Both the position numbers and the translations under genes were made by a program. From an uncultured Candidatus Rokubacteria bacterium (lineage in GTDB: Bacteria; Methylomirabilota; Methylomirabilia; Rokubacteriales; CSP1-6), in the NCBI GenBank assembly GCA_963743355.1, contig CAVUPM010000004.1, forward strand, positions 131,845 through 195,844: DNA of 64,000 bases, in the 5' to 3' direction. A model generated the notes under the pieces. The model was not told the origin of the DNA. It saw only the letters and a list, made by a program, of their open reading frames with translations, and did not search any database. The stretch's first letter is position 1. Every line of letters begins with the position of its first letter. This document shows, one piece after another, positions 35,427 to 45,180 of the stretch.

Positions 35427-37202
35427 CTAGGCACGCGTGGCTCCGTTGCTCTCACCGACTTTTTTCATATGGTGGCGAAGCTCACGGGTTGCCGCCTCGT
35501 CCACGCGTAGGTCGACGCCTTCAACCCCCTCGCCGGTGATCACGACGCCGTACTCCGCGCGGGCGGCCTCGATCGACACGTAGTCGTCCAGGACGTCGTC
35601 GAGCACGCGGGCGGGGTCGCGCTCGAGCGGAGTGCCGTAGCCGCCGGCGCCCGATTGCTGGAAGGAGATCACGTCGTCGTAGGCGAACTCGCGGGACTGC
35701 TTGCCATTGACGATCTGCTCGTCCGGCCCCGGGTTGATGACCGTGCGGGCGAGGCGGCCCGGCTTGCCCCCGAAGATCCCGTAGGGCGCGAAGCGCTGGC
35801 GCTCGGACAGGTTCGTGAGCTTCCCCTCGTCGGCCAGAAAGCGCAGGTCGCGCCGGATGCCGGAGCCGCCGCGGAACGTCCCCGGGCCGGCCGAGTCGGG
35901 GATGAAGCCGAAGCGCTCGACGACGATCGGCTGCGCGGCCTCCTGGGCCTCGACCGGGATGTTCGAGGCGTTGAACGCCCACGCCATGCCCTCGCAGCCG
36001 TCCTTCGTCGCCCGGGCGCCGGTGCCGGACAGCACCAGCTCGTAGGCCACGAAGCGCCGGCGGCGCGCGCGGTCCCAGCCGCCAAACGTCGGGTTCGCAA
36101 AGTGCGAGGCGGCGGCCGCGACCCGGTCGGGCAGCGCCGGGGCCAGCGCGCCCAGCACGGCCTCGAAGGTGCGGTAGCAGATGATCGCGCGCGGCCCCCC
36201 GCCGGCCGGCGGCCGCGGGTTCAGGAACGAGCCCGCGGGCGCCGTCACCGTCACCGGGCGCAGCGCGCCCTCGTTCATGGGGCCGAGCGGATCGGTCAGG
36301 CACTTCACCGCCGCGTACGAGTACGAGCGCGTGTAGTTGATGTAGGAGTTCATCCCGGACGGCGTCTGCGGGCTCGAGCCCTCGTAGTCGATCGTGACGC
36401 CGTCGCCGGCCACCGTGACCGTCACCGCCACCCGCAGCGGGTCGGTGCCGGGCCCGTAGTCGTCCAGGAAGTCCTCGAAGGCATAGACGCCGTCGGGGAT
36501 CGCGCGGATGGCCGCCCGCATGCTGGCCTCGCTGCGCGCGATGATCTCGTCCATGGCGCTGGTGAGCATGTCGTGACCGTAGCGCTGGGCCAGCTCGACC
36601 AGCCGCAGCTCGCCGACGCGCAGCGCGCTGCGCTGGGCGCGCAGGTCGCCCAGCACCTTGTCCGGCGTGCGGGTGTTGGCGGCGATGATGCCGACGACTC
36701 CTTCCTGCTCTTCGTAGGCCTTCCAGACCTTGGTCGGCGGAATACGCAAGCCTTCCTGGAAGTAGTCGAAGATGCCCTCCACGCCCTGGCTGCCCGGCCG
36801 CGAGCCGCCGACGTCGGTGTGGTGCACGATGTTGACCGCGAAGCCGATCAGCCGGCCGTCGTGGAAGGCCGGCTGGGTGATGAAGAAGTCGGGGAAGTGG
36901 CCGGAGCCGAGCAGCGGATCGTTCAGCAGGATGGCGTCGCCCGGCCGGAGTGTCTCGAGCGGATGGGCGGCCAGCGCGTTGCGCACGGCCGCCGACATCG
37001 CGCCCATGTGGCCGGGCGAGTACGGCCCCTGCGCGACCATCCGTCCCTGGGCATCGAACACCGCGACCGAGAAGTCCTGCCCCTCGCGCGCCTGCTCCGA
37101 ATACGCGGTCTTGTGCACGGTCGTCCCGATCTCCACGGCGATCGACTGCAGCGCGCCCCACACGACACCGAGCGTGATGGGGTCGAAACGCGCAGTCGTC
37201 AT
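35427..37202 (-). CDS. hydantoinase B / oxoprolinase family protein
   Basis: 591 aa. The N-terminus DPITLGVVWGALQSIAVEIGTTVHKTAYS and the NDPLLGSGHFPD block match the family. Confidence 0.92.
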   Translation of the reverse strand: MTTARFDPITLGVVWGALQSIAVEIGTTVHKTAYSEQAREGQDFSVAVFDAQGRMVAQGPYSPGHMGAMSAAVRNALAAHPLETLRPGDAILLNDPLLGSGHFPDFFITQPAFHDGRLIGFAVNIVHHTDVGGSRPGSQGVEGIFDYFQEGLRIPPTKVWKAYEEQEGVVGIIAANTRTPDKVLGDLRAQRSALRVGELRLVELAQRYGHDMLTSAMDEIIARSEASMRAAIRAIPDGVYAFEDFLDDYGPGTDPLRVAVTVTVAGDGVTIDYEGSSPQTPSGMNSYINYTRSYSYAAVKCLTDPLGPMNEGALRPVTVTAPAGSFLNPRPPAGGGPRAIICYRTFEAVLGALAPALPDRVAAAASHFANPTFGGWDRARRRRFVAYELVLSGTGARATKDGCEGMAWAFNASNIPVEAQEAAQPIVVERFGFIPDSAGPGTFRGGSGIRRDLRFLADEGKLTNLSERQRFAPYGIFGGKPGRLARTVINPGPDEQIVNGKQSREFAYDDVISFQQSGAGGYGTPLERDPARVLDDVLDDYVSIEAARAEYGVVITGEGVEGVDLRVDEAATRELRHHMKKVGESNGATRA

Positions 37203-37336
37203 TGGAGGACCTGGTCAGCTCGCGCCAGCAGCGGCGGTGAGGTGGGCACCCCGAGCGTCCGGGCGGTCTTCGGGGCGTCCCCCGCTGCAGGTGCGCACAG
37301 CAGCACCACCGCCACCAGCACACCGCAACACTTCAT
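37199..37336 (-). CDS. possible 45-aa small protein between the hydantoinase subunit genes
   Basis: Product is MKCCGVLVAVVLLCAPAAGDAPK... The start overlaps the hyuA-like stop (TGATG) and the stop overlaps the hyuB-like start (ATGA). No family was recognised. Confidence 0.3.
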   Translation of the reverse strand: MKCCGVLVAVVLLCAPAAGDAPKTARTLGVPTSPPLLARADQVLQ

Positions 37337-39402
37337 CACGGGCCGAGCTCCACGATCAGGCTCGCGTACTCGTCCACGGTGGCCACGGTGCCGGGCGGCA
37401 GCACGGAGGTCGACTCGCGCTCCTCGACGATCGCGGGACCCGCGATCTGCGCCCCGGCGGCAAGGTTGTAGCGGTCGTAGATCGGGCAGTCGATCCAGCC
37501 ACCGGTCTCCGGGAAGTAGGCGCGCCGCCGGCCCTTGACCGCGCCGGCGAGCGGCGAGGCCGCGGCCTTGGCCAGCGCCACTCGCGCGGCACCGCCGATG
37601 GCCGACAGCTTCCACGTCACGACCTCGACCGGCTCGGCCGGCTGGGCGTAGCCGTAGCGGGCGGCGTAGATCTCGTCGAACGAGGCGCGCACGCGGGCGA
37701 GCGCGGCCGCGTCGAGCGTGCCGCCGGGGACGGGCACCGTCAGCTCGTAGCCCTGGCCGACGTAGCGCGCATCCACCGAGCGCGTCACGGTCACGGCGCC
37801 GCCGACCGCTGAGTCGCGCACGACCTCTCGCGCCTGCTCCGCCATCTCGGCGTACATCGCGTCGAGCCGCGCGGGCTCGAGCGCGTCCAGTCGCCGGACG
37901 TACGTGCGGGACACGTCGAAGCGCACCTCGGCGGCGAGCAGCCCGATGGCCGCGGTGACGCCGGCGGCCGCGGGCAGGATCACCCGGGGGATGCCGAGCG
38001 CCTGGGCGAGCCGGCAGCCGTGCACGGGACCGGAGCCGCCGAAGGCGACCAGGGTCAGCGTGCGGGGATCGCGCCCGCGCTCGATCGACACCACGCGCGT
38101 GGCCAGCTCCATGTTGGTGTTCACGATGGCGTGGATGCCCCACGCCGCCTGCTCCAGCGACAGGCCGAGCGGCCGCGCGAGCGACGCCTCGATGGCGCGG
38201 ACGGCGGCGCCCAGGTGTAGCCTCATCGCGCCGCCGGCGAAGAACTCGGCGTTCAGGTAGCCGAGCACCAGGTTCGCGTCGGTCACGGTCGGCTCGGTGC
38301 CGCCGCGGTCATAGCAGACCGGCCCCGGCGTCGACGAGGCGCTCTCGGGGCCCACCGCGATGACGCCCAGCCGCGGGCGCGCGATCGAGCCACCGCCGGC
38401 ACCGATCTCGACGAGGTCGAGCGCCTGGATGTTCATCGGCAGTCCGCTGCCCGGGGCATTGTTCACGCGATGCAGCTCGAACGCCGTGGTCGTGAACGGC
38501 CGGCCGTTCTCGATCAGCGCCAGCTTGGCGGTGGTGCCGCCCATGTCGAAGGCGATCAGGTCGCGCTGGCCGCCCAGCTCGCCGTAGACGGCGGCCATGA
38601 GCGCGCCGGCCGCGGGGCCCGATTCGATCATCCGCACCGGGTACCGCTCCATCGCCTCGGCCGTCGCCACGCCGCCCGAGGACTGCATGACGAACAGGCG
38701 GCCGCGGTAGCCGCGCTCCCCCAGCGCCGCCTGCAAGCCGCGCAGGTACTCGCGGATGGCCGTCATCACGTAGGCGTTGACCACCGTGGTCGACGTCCGC
38801 TCGTACTCGCGGAAGGTCGGCGAGACCTCGTGCGACAGCGTGACGGTGACGTGCGGCGCCTCCTCGGCGACGAGCGCCGCCAGCCGCTTCTCGTGGGCGG
38901 GGTTGAGATAGGCATGCAGCAGGCAGACGGCCAGCGTCGTCACCCCCCGCGCCGCCAGCGCGCGGATGGCGCGCCGGGCGTCGGCCTCGTCGAGCGGCGT
39001 GCGCACGGAGCCGTCGGCCAGCATCCGCTCGGTCACCTCGCCGATGAACCGGCGCGCGATGAGCGGCAGCGGCTTCTCGATCTGGAGGTCGTAGACCTGG
39101 TAGCGCTTCTCCCGCCCGATGATCAGCACGTCGCGGAAGCCACGGGTCGTGAGCAGGCCGACGCCCCGCGCCTTGCGCTCGATCACGACGTTGGAGCCGA
39201 GCGTGGTGCCGTGGACGGCCTGGCTCAGCGCCGGCCAGCCGATGCCGGCCCGGCCGATCAGCTCGTCGAGGCCGGCCAGGCAGGCCGCCGAGGGATCGGG
39301 ATAGGTCGTGAGACGCTTGCCGGTCGTGAGCTCGCCCGACGGCGCCTGGAGGACGAAGTCGGTGAAGGTGCCGCCGACGTCGAACCCCACGCGATACGCC
39401 AC
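37336..39402 (-). CDS. hydantoinase A / oxoprolinase family protein
   Basis: GTG start giving VAYRVGFDVGGTFTDFVL. About 688 aa with the typical ATP-binding blocks (FDMGGTTAKL). Confidence 0.92.
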   Translation of the reverse strand: MAYRVGFDVGGTFTDFVLQAPSGELTTGKRLTTYPDPSAACLAGLDELIGRAGIGWPALSQAVHGTTLGSNVVIERKARGVGLLTTRGFRDVLIIGREKRYQVYDLQIEKPLPLIARRFIGEVTERMLADGSVRTPLDEADARRAIRALAARGVTTLAVCLLHAYLNPAHEKRLAALVAEEAPHVTVTLSHEVSPTFREYERTSTTVVNAYVMTAIREYLRGLQAALGERGYRGRLFVMQSSGGVATAEAMERYPVRMIESGPAAGALMAAVYGELGGQRDLIAFDMGGTTAKLALIENGRPFTTTAFELHRVNNAPGSGLPMNIQALDLVEIGAGGGSIARPRLGVIAVGPESASSTPGPVCYDRGGTEPTVTDANLVLGYLNAEFFAGGAMRLHLGAAVRAIEASLARPLGLSLEQAAWGIHAIVNTNMELATRVVSIERGRDPRTLTLVAFGGSGPVHGCRLAQALGIPRVILPAAAGVTAAIGLLAAEVRFDVSRTYVRRLDALEPARLDAMYAEMAEQAREVVRDSAVGGAVTVTRSVDARYVGQGYELTVPVPGGTLDAAALARVRASFDEIYAARYGYAQPAEPVEVVTWKLSAIGGAARVALAKAAASPLAGAVKGRRRAYFPETGGWIDCPIYDRYNLAAGAQIAGPAIVEERESTSVLPPGTVATVDEYASLIVELGP

Positions 39403-39406
39403 GCGC

Positions 39407-40171
39407 TCAGTTCCGGCGCTCGGAGCGGGAGAGGCCGACGCGGTAGGGGTAGCGGCGGCCCGCCTGATACGTGATCGCGTATTCCACCGGCTCGCCGCTC
39501 GCCGCGAAGTAGGTGCGCTGGAAGAGCAGCAGCGGCGAGCGCGGACGCAGGTGGAGCAGCTCGGCCACCGAGCGGGGGGCCAGCGCGGCGTCGACCGTCT
39601 GCTCCATGAACTTGATCGGCATGTTGAGCTGCCGCTCGATGGCGCCGATGAGGGACGTCTTCGACAGGTCTTCGTCCGACAGCGCCTGGCCGATCGACAG
39701 CGGCAGCCACGCCGTGCCGTGCTGGAACGGGCCGCCGTCGGCGTGCCGGGTGCCGGAGATGCGGTAGCCGTTGGACCCCGGCGGCAGGTGCAGGGCCTGG
39801 GCGATGTTCGCCGGCACCGGCGCCAGCTCGCGAGCGAGGAGCTTGAACCACGTCTCGTCGCCAAGGGCCATGATGTCGTCGATCGAGCCGATCACGCGCA
39901 GGCGCCGGTCGTTGCCGGCGGCCGCGGTGGCGAACGTGCCGCGGCCGGCGTGGCGGTAGAGCCGTCCCTCCTGCACCAGCACGTCGAGGGCCTGCCGGAT
40001 CGTGGGCCGGCTCACGCGGAACGTCGCGCACAGCTCGTGCTCGGAGGGGATGCGCTCGCCGTCGCTCTTCAGCTCGCGCCGGATCGTATCCGCGATCTGC
40101 AGATAGCGAGGGATGCCGGGTCGAAAGTTCACTGGTGAGGGGGGTCCTCCGTTGTCAGGATGTCTGGACAT
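39407..40171 (-). CDS. GntR family transcriptional regulator with UTRA effector domain
   Basis: 254 aa with the HTH block PSEHELCATFRVSRPTIRQALDVLVQEGRLYR. The stop lies 4 nt upstream of the hydantoinase A start. Confidence 0.88.
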   Translation of the reverse strand: MSRHPDNGGPPSPVNFRPGIPRYLQIADTIRRELKSDGERIPSEHELCATFRVSRPTIRQALDVLVQEGRLYRHAGRGTFATAAAGNDRRLRVIGSIDDIMALGDETWFKLLARELAPVPANIAQALHLPPGSNGYRISGTRHADGGPFQHGTAWLPLSIGQALSDEDLSKTSLIGAIERQLNMPIKFMEQTVDAALAPRSVAELLHLRPRSPLLLFQRTYFAASGEPVEYAITYQAGRRYPYRVGLSRSERRN

Positions 40172-40223
40172 CTAACACCCGGCGGCGCCACCGGTCAAAC
40201 GGAGGCTCGAGAAGCCCATGCGC

Positions 40224-41375
40224 TCAGCGCGCGTCGAGCAGGTCGCGCGCGATGACCACGCGCTGGATCTGGTTGGTCCCCTCGTAGATCTGGGTGATCT
40301 TGGCGTCCCGCATGAAGCGCTCCACGGGATAGTCGCGCGTATAGCCGTAGCCCCCGAACACCTGCACGGCGTCGGTGGTCACCCGCATGGCGGCGTCGGC
40401 GGCGAAGCACTTGGCCATCGACGACTCCAGCGCGGTGCCGGTGACGCCACGGTCCACCAGGGCGGCGGCGTGGTGTACGAGCAGCCGGGCGGCGTGGGTC
40501 TGCATCGCCATGTCGGCGAGCATGAACTGGATGCCCTGGAACTCGGCGATGGCCCGGTCGAACTGGCGGCGCTCCTTGGCGTAGGCGGTGGCGGCGTCGA
40601 GGGCGGCCTGGGCGATGCCGACCGCCTGGGCGCCCACGGCGGGACGCGAGCGGTCGAGCGCGCCGAGGGCCACGCGGAAGCCCTGCCCCTCCTCGCCCAG
40701 GCGGTTCTCGACCGGCACCTCGCAGTCGCTCAGGTGCAGCGCGACGGTCGGCGAGCCGCGGATGCCCATCTTGCGCTCGAGCTTGCCGAGCGCGAAGCCC
40801 GGGAAGGTCGGCTCGACGAGGAACGCGGTCACGCCCTTGTGGCCGCGGGCGCGATCCACCGTGGCGAAGAGCGTGATGACGCCGGCCTGGCTGCCGTTGG
40901 TGACCCACATCTTGGTGCCGTTGAGCAGATAGCGATCGCCCTTGCGTACGGCCGTGGTCGTCATCGAGCCGGCATCGGAACCGGCGCCCGGCTCGGAGAT
41001 CGACAGCGCCGCCGTGATCTCCCCGGCGGCCAGTCGCGGGAGGTAGCGCTGCTTCTGGGCCTCGGTGCCGTGCGAGACGAGCGGATAGCCGGCGGCGTAC
41101 TGCACGAGGTAGATCACCGCGGTCGAGGCGCACGCCCACGCGACCTCCTCGACGGCCAGGCAGAACGCCAGCGCCCCGAGGCCGGCGCCGCCGTACGCCT
41201 CGGGCACGTAGAGGCCCATGAGCCCGGCCTGGCCGAGGTGGCGGAGCGACTCGGCCGGGTAGACCTCGGCCTCGTCCACCTGCGCCGCCCGCGGGGCCAC
41301 CTGCTCGCGCGCGAGCGTGCGCGCCAGCTCGCGCGTCCGGCGCTCGTCCTCGCTCAGCCAGAACACCTCGCGCAT
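40224..41375 (-). CDS. acyl-CoA dehydrogenase (short/butyryl-CoA type)
   Basis: 383 aa with [13 protein letters not shown], the KMWVTNG block, and [34 protein letters not shown]. Confidence 0.93.
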   Translation of the reverse strand: MREVFWLSEDERRTRELARTLAREQVAPRAAQVDEAEVYPAESLRHLGQAGLMGLYVPEAYGGAGLGALAFCLAVEEVAWACASTAVIYLVQYAAGYPLVSHGTEAQKQRYLPRLAAGEITAALSISEPGAGSDAGSMTTTAVRKGDRYLLNGTKMWVTNGSQAGVITLFATVDRARGHKGVTAFLVEPTFPGFALGKLERKMGIRGSPTVALHLSDCEVPVENRLGEEGQGFRVALGALDRSRPAVGAQAVGIAQAALDAATAYAKERRQFDRAIAEFQGIQFMLADMAMQTHAARLLVHHAAALVDRGVTGTALESSMAKCFAADAAMRVTTDAVQVFGGYGYTRDYPVERFMRDAKITQIYEGTNQIQRVVIARDLLDAR

Positions 41376-41389
41376 CGACGGCGAGGTGA

Positions 41390-42247
41390 CTACTTCGCCT
41401 CGTAGGTGTAGAAGCCGTGCCCGGTCTTGCGGCCGAGCTGGCCGGCCATGACCATGCGCTTGAGCAGCGGGGGCGGCGCGTAGCGGGCCTCGCGGAACTC
41501 GTCGAACATCACCTCGGCCACGTACATCGTGGTGTCGAGGCCGACCAGGTCGAGCAGCGTGAACGGTCCCATCGGATAGCCGCACCCGAGCTTCATCGCC
41601 TGGTCGATGTCCTCCAGCGACGCCAGCCCGCCCTCGTAGACGCGGATGGCGTCGAGCAGGTAGGGCACCAGCAGGCGATTCACGATGAACGCGGTGGCGT
41701 CCTTGGCCTGCACCGGCACCTTGCCGACCGCGCGCACGAAGTCGGTCGCCGTCTTCGCGGCGGCCTCGTCGGTGAGGATGGTGCGCACGACCTCGACCAG
41801 CTTCATGAGCGGGACCGGGTTGAAGAAGTGCATGCCGACCACCTGCCCCGGGCGCTTGGTGGCGGCGGCCAGCGCCGTCACGTTGCAGGACGACGTGTTG
41901 CTGGCCAGCAGCGCGTGGGACGGGCAGATGCGATCGAGCTTGGCGAACGTCTCGTTCTTCAGTGCCTGGTTCTCGGTCATCGCCTCGATCACCAGGTCGC
42001 ACGCCTTGAGATCCTCCAGGCGCGGGGTGCCGGCGATGCGGCCGAGCGTCTCGTCCCGGGCCCGGGCGTCGAGCTTGCCCTTGGCGGCGAGACCCTCGAG
42101 CGTGTCGCGCAGGCGGCCCAGCCCCCGCTTGACCAGCTCGTCACTGGCCTCGACGAACAGCACGGCGTACCCCGCCTGCGCCGCGACCTGGACGATGCCG
42201 GAGCCCATGAGCCCGCAGCCGATCACACCGACGTTCTTGATGGCCAT
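41390..42247 (-). CDS. 3-hydroxybutyryl-CoA dehydrogenase
   Basis: 285 aa with [31 protein letters not shown] and [11 protein letters not shown]. Confidence 0.92.
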   Translation of the reverse strand: MAIKNVGVIGCGLMGSGIVQVAAQAGYAVLFVEASDELVKRGLGRLRDTLEGLAAKGKLDARARDETLGRIAGTPRLEDLKACDLVIEAMTENQALKNETFAKLDRICPSHALLASNTSSCNVTALAAATKRPGQVVGMHFFNPVPLMKLVEVVRTILTDEAAAKTATDFVRAVGKVPVQAKDATAFIVNRLLVPYLLDAIRVYEGGLASLEDIDQAMKLGCGYPMGPFTLLDLVGLDTTMYVAEVMFDEFREARYAPPPLLKRMVMAGQLGRKTGHGFYTYEAK

Positions 42248-42290
42248 GCGATGTCTTCCTTGCCGGGAAATTACGGAGCGTGCGAACCGG

Positions 42291-42608
42291 TCAGCGACGG
42301 CGACCCGGGCGCGGCGGCGGCTCGAAGAAGTCACCGCCCGGCGGGCAGTCGTGCCGGATGATGACCGTGGTGTTGCCGTAGCGGATGCTGCCGTCGGGCT
42401 GCACCACCGGCTCGAGCTTCGGCCGGGCGGGCGGCGGTCCGTCCTGCCGCAACGACTCGTCGAACGCGCGGTCGCGCGCCGGTGCCGACGGCTTGGTCAT
42501 GTCGAGGATGATCGAGCCGCTCACCGGGGTCTTCGCCTCGTCGTGGGCGGTGGCCACGGCCGGCAGGCCGAGGCCGAGCACCAGCGCTCCGACGATCCAT
42601 CTCCACAT
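42291..42608 (-). CDS. hypothetical exported protein
   Basis: 105 aa. It has a clear signal peptide (MWRWIVGALVLGLGLPAVATA). No family was recognised. Confidence 0.55.
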   Translation of the reverse strand: MWRWIVGALVLGLGLPAVATAHDEAKTPVSGSIILDMTKPSAPARDRAFDESLRQDGPPPARPKLEPVVQPDGSIRYGNTTVIIRHDCPPGGDFFEPPPRPGRRR

Positions 42609-42617
42609 GGTGCGCTC

Positions 42618-43142
42618 CTAGTCGTAGACGATCAGCGAGTGCAGCGGGTAGTCCTTGAGTTTCTCACGGCCGTGCAGGAAGGCCAACTCGATCATGAAGG
42701 CGACGCCGACCACGCGGCCACCGAGCTGCTCGATGAGCCGCAGCGTGGCGCCCATGGTGCCGCCGGTGGCGAGCAGGTCGTCCACCGCCAGCACGCGCTG
42801 CCCCGGCGCGATCGCGTCCTCGTGCATGGCCAGCGCGTCCCGCCCGTATTCCAGCTCGTACTCCACCTCGATCGTCTTGCCCGGCAGCTTGCCGACCTTC
42901 CGCACCGGCACGAACCCCGCCCGGAGCTGATGCGCGACGGCCCCGCCGAAGATGAACCCGCGCGACTCGACCCCGACCACGACATCGACCCGCTCCGCCT
43001 GATACCGGCTCGCCAGCGAATCGACCGCGAACCGCCACGCCGGCCCATCCTTGAGCAAGGTCGTGATGTCCTTGAACAAGATGCCTTCAGTCGGAAAGTC
43101 CTTGATGTCGCGGATCTTCGCGCGCAGCTCGGCGACGTCCAT
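42618..43142 (-). CDS. apt: adenine phosphoribosyltransferase
   Basis: 174 aa from [30 protein letters not shown]. It has the [10 protein letters not shown] block and the PRPP loop [13 protein letters not shown]. Confidence 0.93.
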   Translation of the reverse strand: MDVAELRAKIRDIKDFPTEGILFKDITTLLKDGPAWRFAVDSLASRYQAERVDVVVGVESRGFIFGGAVAHQLRAGFVPVRKVGKLPGKTIEVEYELEYGRDALAMHEDAIAPGQRVLAVDDLLATGGTMGATLRLIEQLGGRVVGVAFMIELAFLHGREKLKDYPLHSLIVYD

Positions 43143-43260
43143 GCCCCGAATACTAGTTGATCCCCGCCGCACCGCGCAACCACCGCCGCGCTCGAGCGGC
43201 GCCCGCCCGCCGGGGACCTATCCGGGATTCAAGTCCGGACTCACTCAACACGCGGGGATC

Positions 43261-43316
43261 GCGGTTGCGGGGTGTGGGGGGCATAGACCCCTATGCCCCC
43301 CACACCCCGCGACCGC
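43261..43316. repeat. 56-nt near-perfect palindrome (long hairpin, probable operon-end terminator/REP)
   Basis: The arms GCGGGGTGTGGGGGGCATAG (43267-43286) and CTATGCCCCCCACACCCCGC (43291-43310) are perfect 20-mers around the loop ACCC. The stem is extended by GCGGT/ACCGC after one T/G position. It lies 25 nt downstream of the HAD stop at 43341. Confidence 0.8.
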
Positions 43317-43340
43317 ACCCGCCGCCGCGCGTGCGCGCGT

Positions 43341-44069
43341 CTAGGCCGCGTCGAGGGTGGCGATGGCGCCGGGGAGCGTGGCCAGGCTGGGGACGACGGC
43401 GTCGGGACGCTGGGCGCCGAGGGCTTTCAGCGAGGCGTTCGTGACCAGGATGGCGCGGAGACCGGCCTTGCGGGCGCCGAGGACGTCGAGGACGGGGTCG
43501 TCGCCGACATGGACGGCGTCGGCCGCGTCGACCTGCAGGGCGCGCAGCGTCAGCGCGAAGATCTCCGGATCGGGCTTGCGGATACCGACCTCGTCGGAGA
43601 ACGTCGTGTGCGCGAAGTACTCGAGGACGCCATAACGGTCGAGCACCTTGCGCAGCGCCACGCCGGGGGTGCGCATCGTGTTCGACACCAGGGCCAGCGC
43701 CACGCCCTGCGCCCGCAGCTGCGCCAGCGCGGGGCGGGCGCCCTCGTCCACCGCCGGCGGCACCAACAGCGCCGGCCGCGTGTAGGCGTCGAGGAGCGCG
43801 GTCATCGCATCGGCCGGCACGCGCGCCGGCAAGCCGGAGTCGACCGCGGCGAGGATGGCGCGCACGTGCTCCATCGTCGGCACGTCTTTGTTCTGCGCCC
43901 ACAGGCGCCCCAGGAAGCTGGCGGAGTCTTCGTAGGCGCGATCCAGCGCGACCGCGGTCACCTTCACGCCGACGCCGCCCAGGATCATCTCGAAGTCGGC
44001 CATGCGACGGCGCTTGTACCGGTTGTCGCTGGACGGAGGATCGAGCAGCAGCGTCCCCCAGAAGTCCAC
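43341..44069 (-). CDS. HAD-superfamily hydrolase
   Basis: Motif I variant VDFWGTLL, LVSNT, KPDPEIF and HVGDD. The start is uncertain. The GTG at 44069 was chosen; the frame is open further upstream across the preceding stop. Confidence 0.75.
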   Translation of the reverse strand: MDFWGTLLLDPPSSDNRYKRRRMADFEMILGGVGVKVTAVALDRAYEDSASFLGRLWAQNKDVPTMEHVRAILAAVDSGLPARVPADAMTALLDAYTRPALLVPPAVDEGARPALAQLRAQGVALALVSNTMRTPGVALRKVLDRYGVLEYFAHTTFSDEVGIRKPDPEIFALTLRALQVDAADAVHVGDDPVLDVLGARKAGLRAILVTNASLKALGAQRPDAVVPSLATLPGAIATLDAA

Positions 44070-44086
44070 GGTGACCGCGCGGATCC

Positions 44087-44863
44087 TCAGCGCGGCTCTC
44101 CGAAGCGCGGCGCGCGCTTCTCCAGAAAGGCGGCGGCGCCTTCGTGAGGCTCGCCGGTGGCATAGGAGGCGCCGAAGGCCGCGATGCCGGCCCGGACCGC
44201 GCTCGGCAGGTCGCTCTCGCGCCAGCGCACGATGAGCTGCTTCTGCAGCCGCACCGCGCCCGGCGCGCACGCGGTGATCGCGCCAACGACGGCGTCGACG
44301 GCCGCCTCGAGCCCGGCGCGCTCGACGACGCGGTTGACGAGGCCCCACGCCAGCGCCTGCTCGGCCCCGATGGTGGCGCCCGTCAGCAACAGCTCGGCCG
44401 CCCGCCCCGGACCCACCAGCGGCGGCAGCAGGGCGGCCTGGATCACCGACGGCACCCCGACGCGCACCTCCGGCAGGCCGAAGGTCGCCTCGGCGGTGGC
44501 GACGCGGAGATCGCAGGCCAGCGCCAGCTCGAAGCCGGCGCCGAGGGCGTGTCCGTTGACGGCCGCGATGACCGGGAACGGCGCCCGGTGGACGGCCTCG
44601 ATCGCGTCGTGCAGCGACGTGATCAGCGCGGTGGCGCCGGCGGTATCGAGATCACGCAGCACCCGCACGTTCATGCCCCCGGTGAACGCGCGGCCGGCGC
44701 CGGTCAGCACGGCCAGGCGCACGGTGGGATCGGCGGCCAGCGTCTCGAAGGTGGCGCGCAGCGCGGCGATCAATCCCGGCTCGAAGAGGTTGAGCGGCGG
44801 ACGATCGAGCGTGCACCGGACCACGCCGCCGCGCCGCTCGACGCGGATGGCGGCCTCGGCCAT
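44087..44863 (-). CDS. enoyl-CoA hydratase/isomerase family protein
   Basis: Contains VLTGAGRAFTGGMNV and PVIAAVNGHALGAGFELALACDLRVA. The ATG at 44863 overlaps the rhodanese stop. Confidence 0.9.
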   Translation of the reverse strand: MAEAAIRVERRGGVVRCTLDRPPLNLFEPGLIAALRATFETLAADPTVRLAVLTGAGRAFTGGMNVRVLRDLDTAGATALITSLHDAIEAVHRAPFPVIAAVNGHALGAGFELALACDLRVATAEATFGLPEVRVGVPSVIQAALLPPLVGPGRAAELLLTGATIGAEQALAWGLVNRVVERAGLEAAVDAVVGAITACAPGAVRLQKQLIVRWRESDLPSAVRAGIAAFGASYATGEPHEGAAAFLEKRAPRFGEPR

Positions 44864-45180
44864 CAGTACCGGCGCATCCCCGGGTCGATGGTGCGCGCCC
44901 ACAGCTCGACGCCCCCGGAGAGATTACTCACGTCCTTGAAGCCGAGCGAGCGGAGGTATTCGGCGACAGCGGCGCTGCGCACACCCTGGTGGCAGTACAC
45001 GACGATGTGGTCGTCGGGATTCAGCTCCTCCACGCGGAGCTCGATCTCCTCGATCGGGATGTGGACGGCGTTGGGCAGCCGGCAGAGCTTGGTCTCCCAG
45101 TCCTGGCGCACGTCGAGCAGCAAGGGCGGCTCGTTGCGGTCGATCCGCGCCTTCAGAGCTTGCGGGCTGATCTCGCTCAT
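44863..45180 (-). CDS. rhodanese-like domain protein
   Basis: 105 aa with the active-site loop VVYCHQGVRSA. Confidence 0.88.
   Translation of the reverse strand: MSEISPQALKARIDRNEPPLLLDVRQDWETKLCRLPNAVHIPIEEIELRVEELNPDDHIVVYCHQGVRSAAVAEYLRSLGFKDVSNLSGGVELWARTIDPGMRRY

Noticed and set aside
35521-37538. 600-aa and 627-aa ORFs overlapping the hydantoinase B gene
   Set aside because: Alternative-frame and antisense shadows. The 591-aa frame (35427-37202) carries the hydantoinase B motifs.
43189-43198. Palindrome CGCTCGAGCG and related CGCTC-N(1-3)-GAGCG motifs (8589, 8662, 29437, 52498) as a shared operator site
   Set aside because: The same short GC palindrome also occurs inside coding sequence (e.g. 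near 17550). At this GC content the recurrence is not clearly above chance without a genome-wide count.
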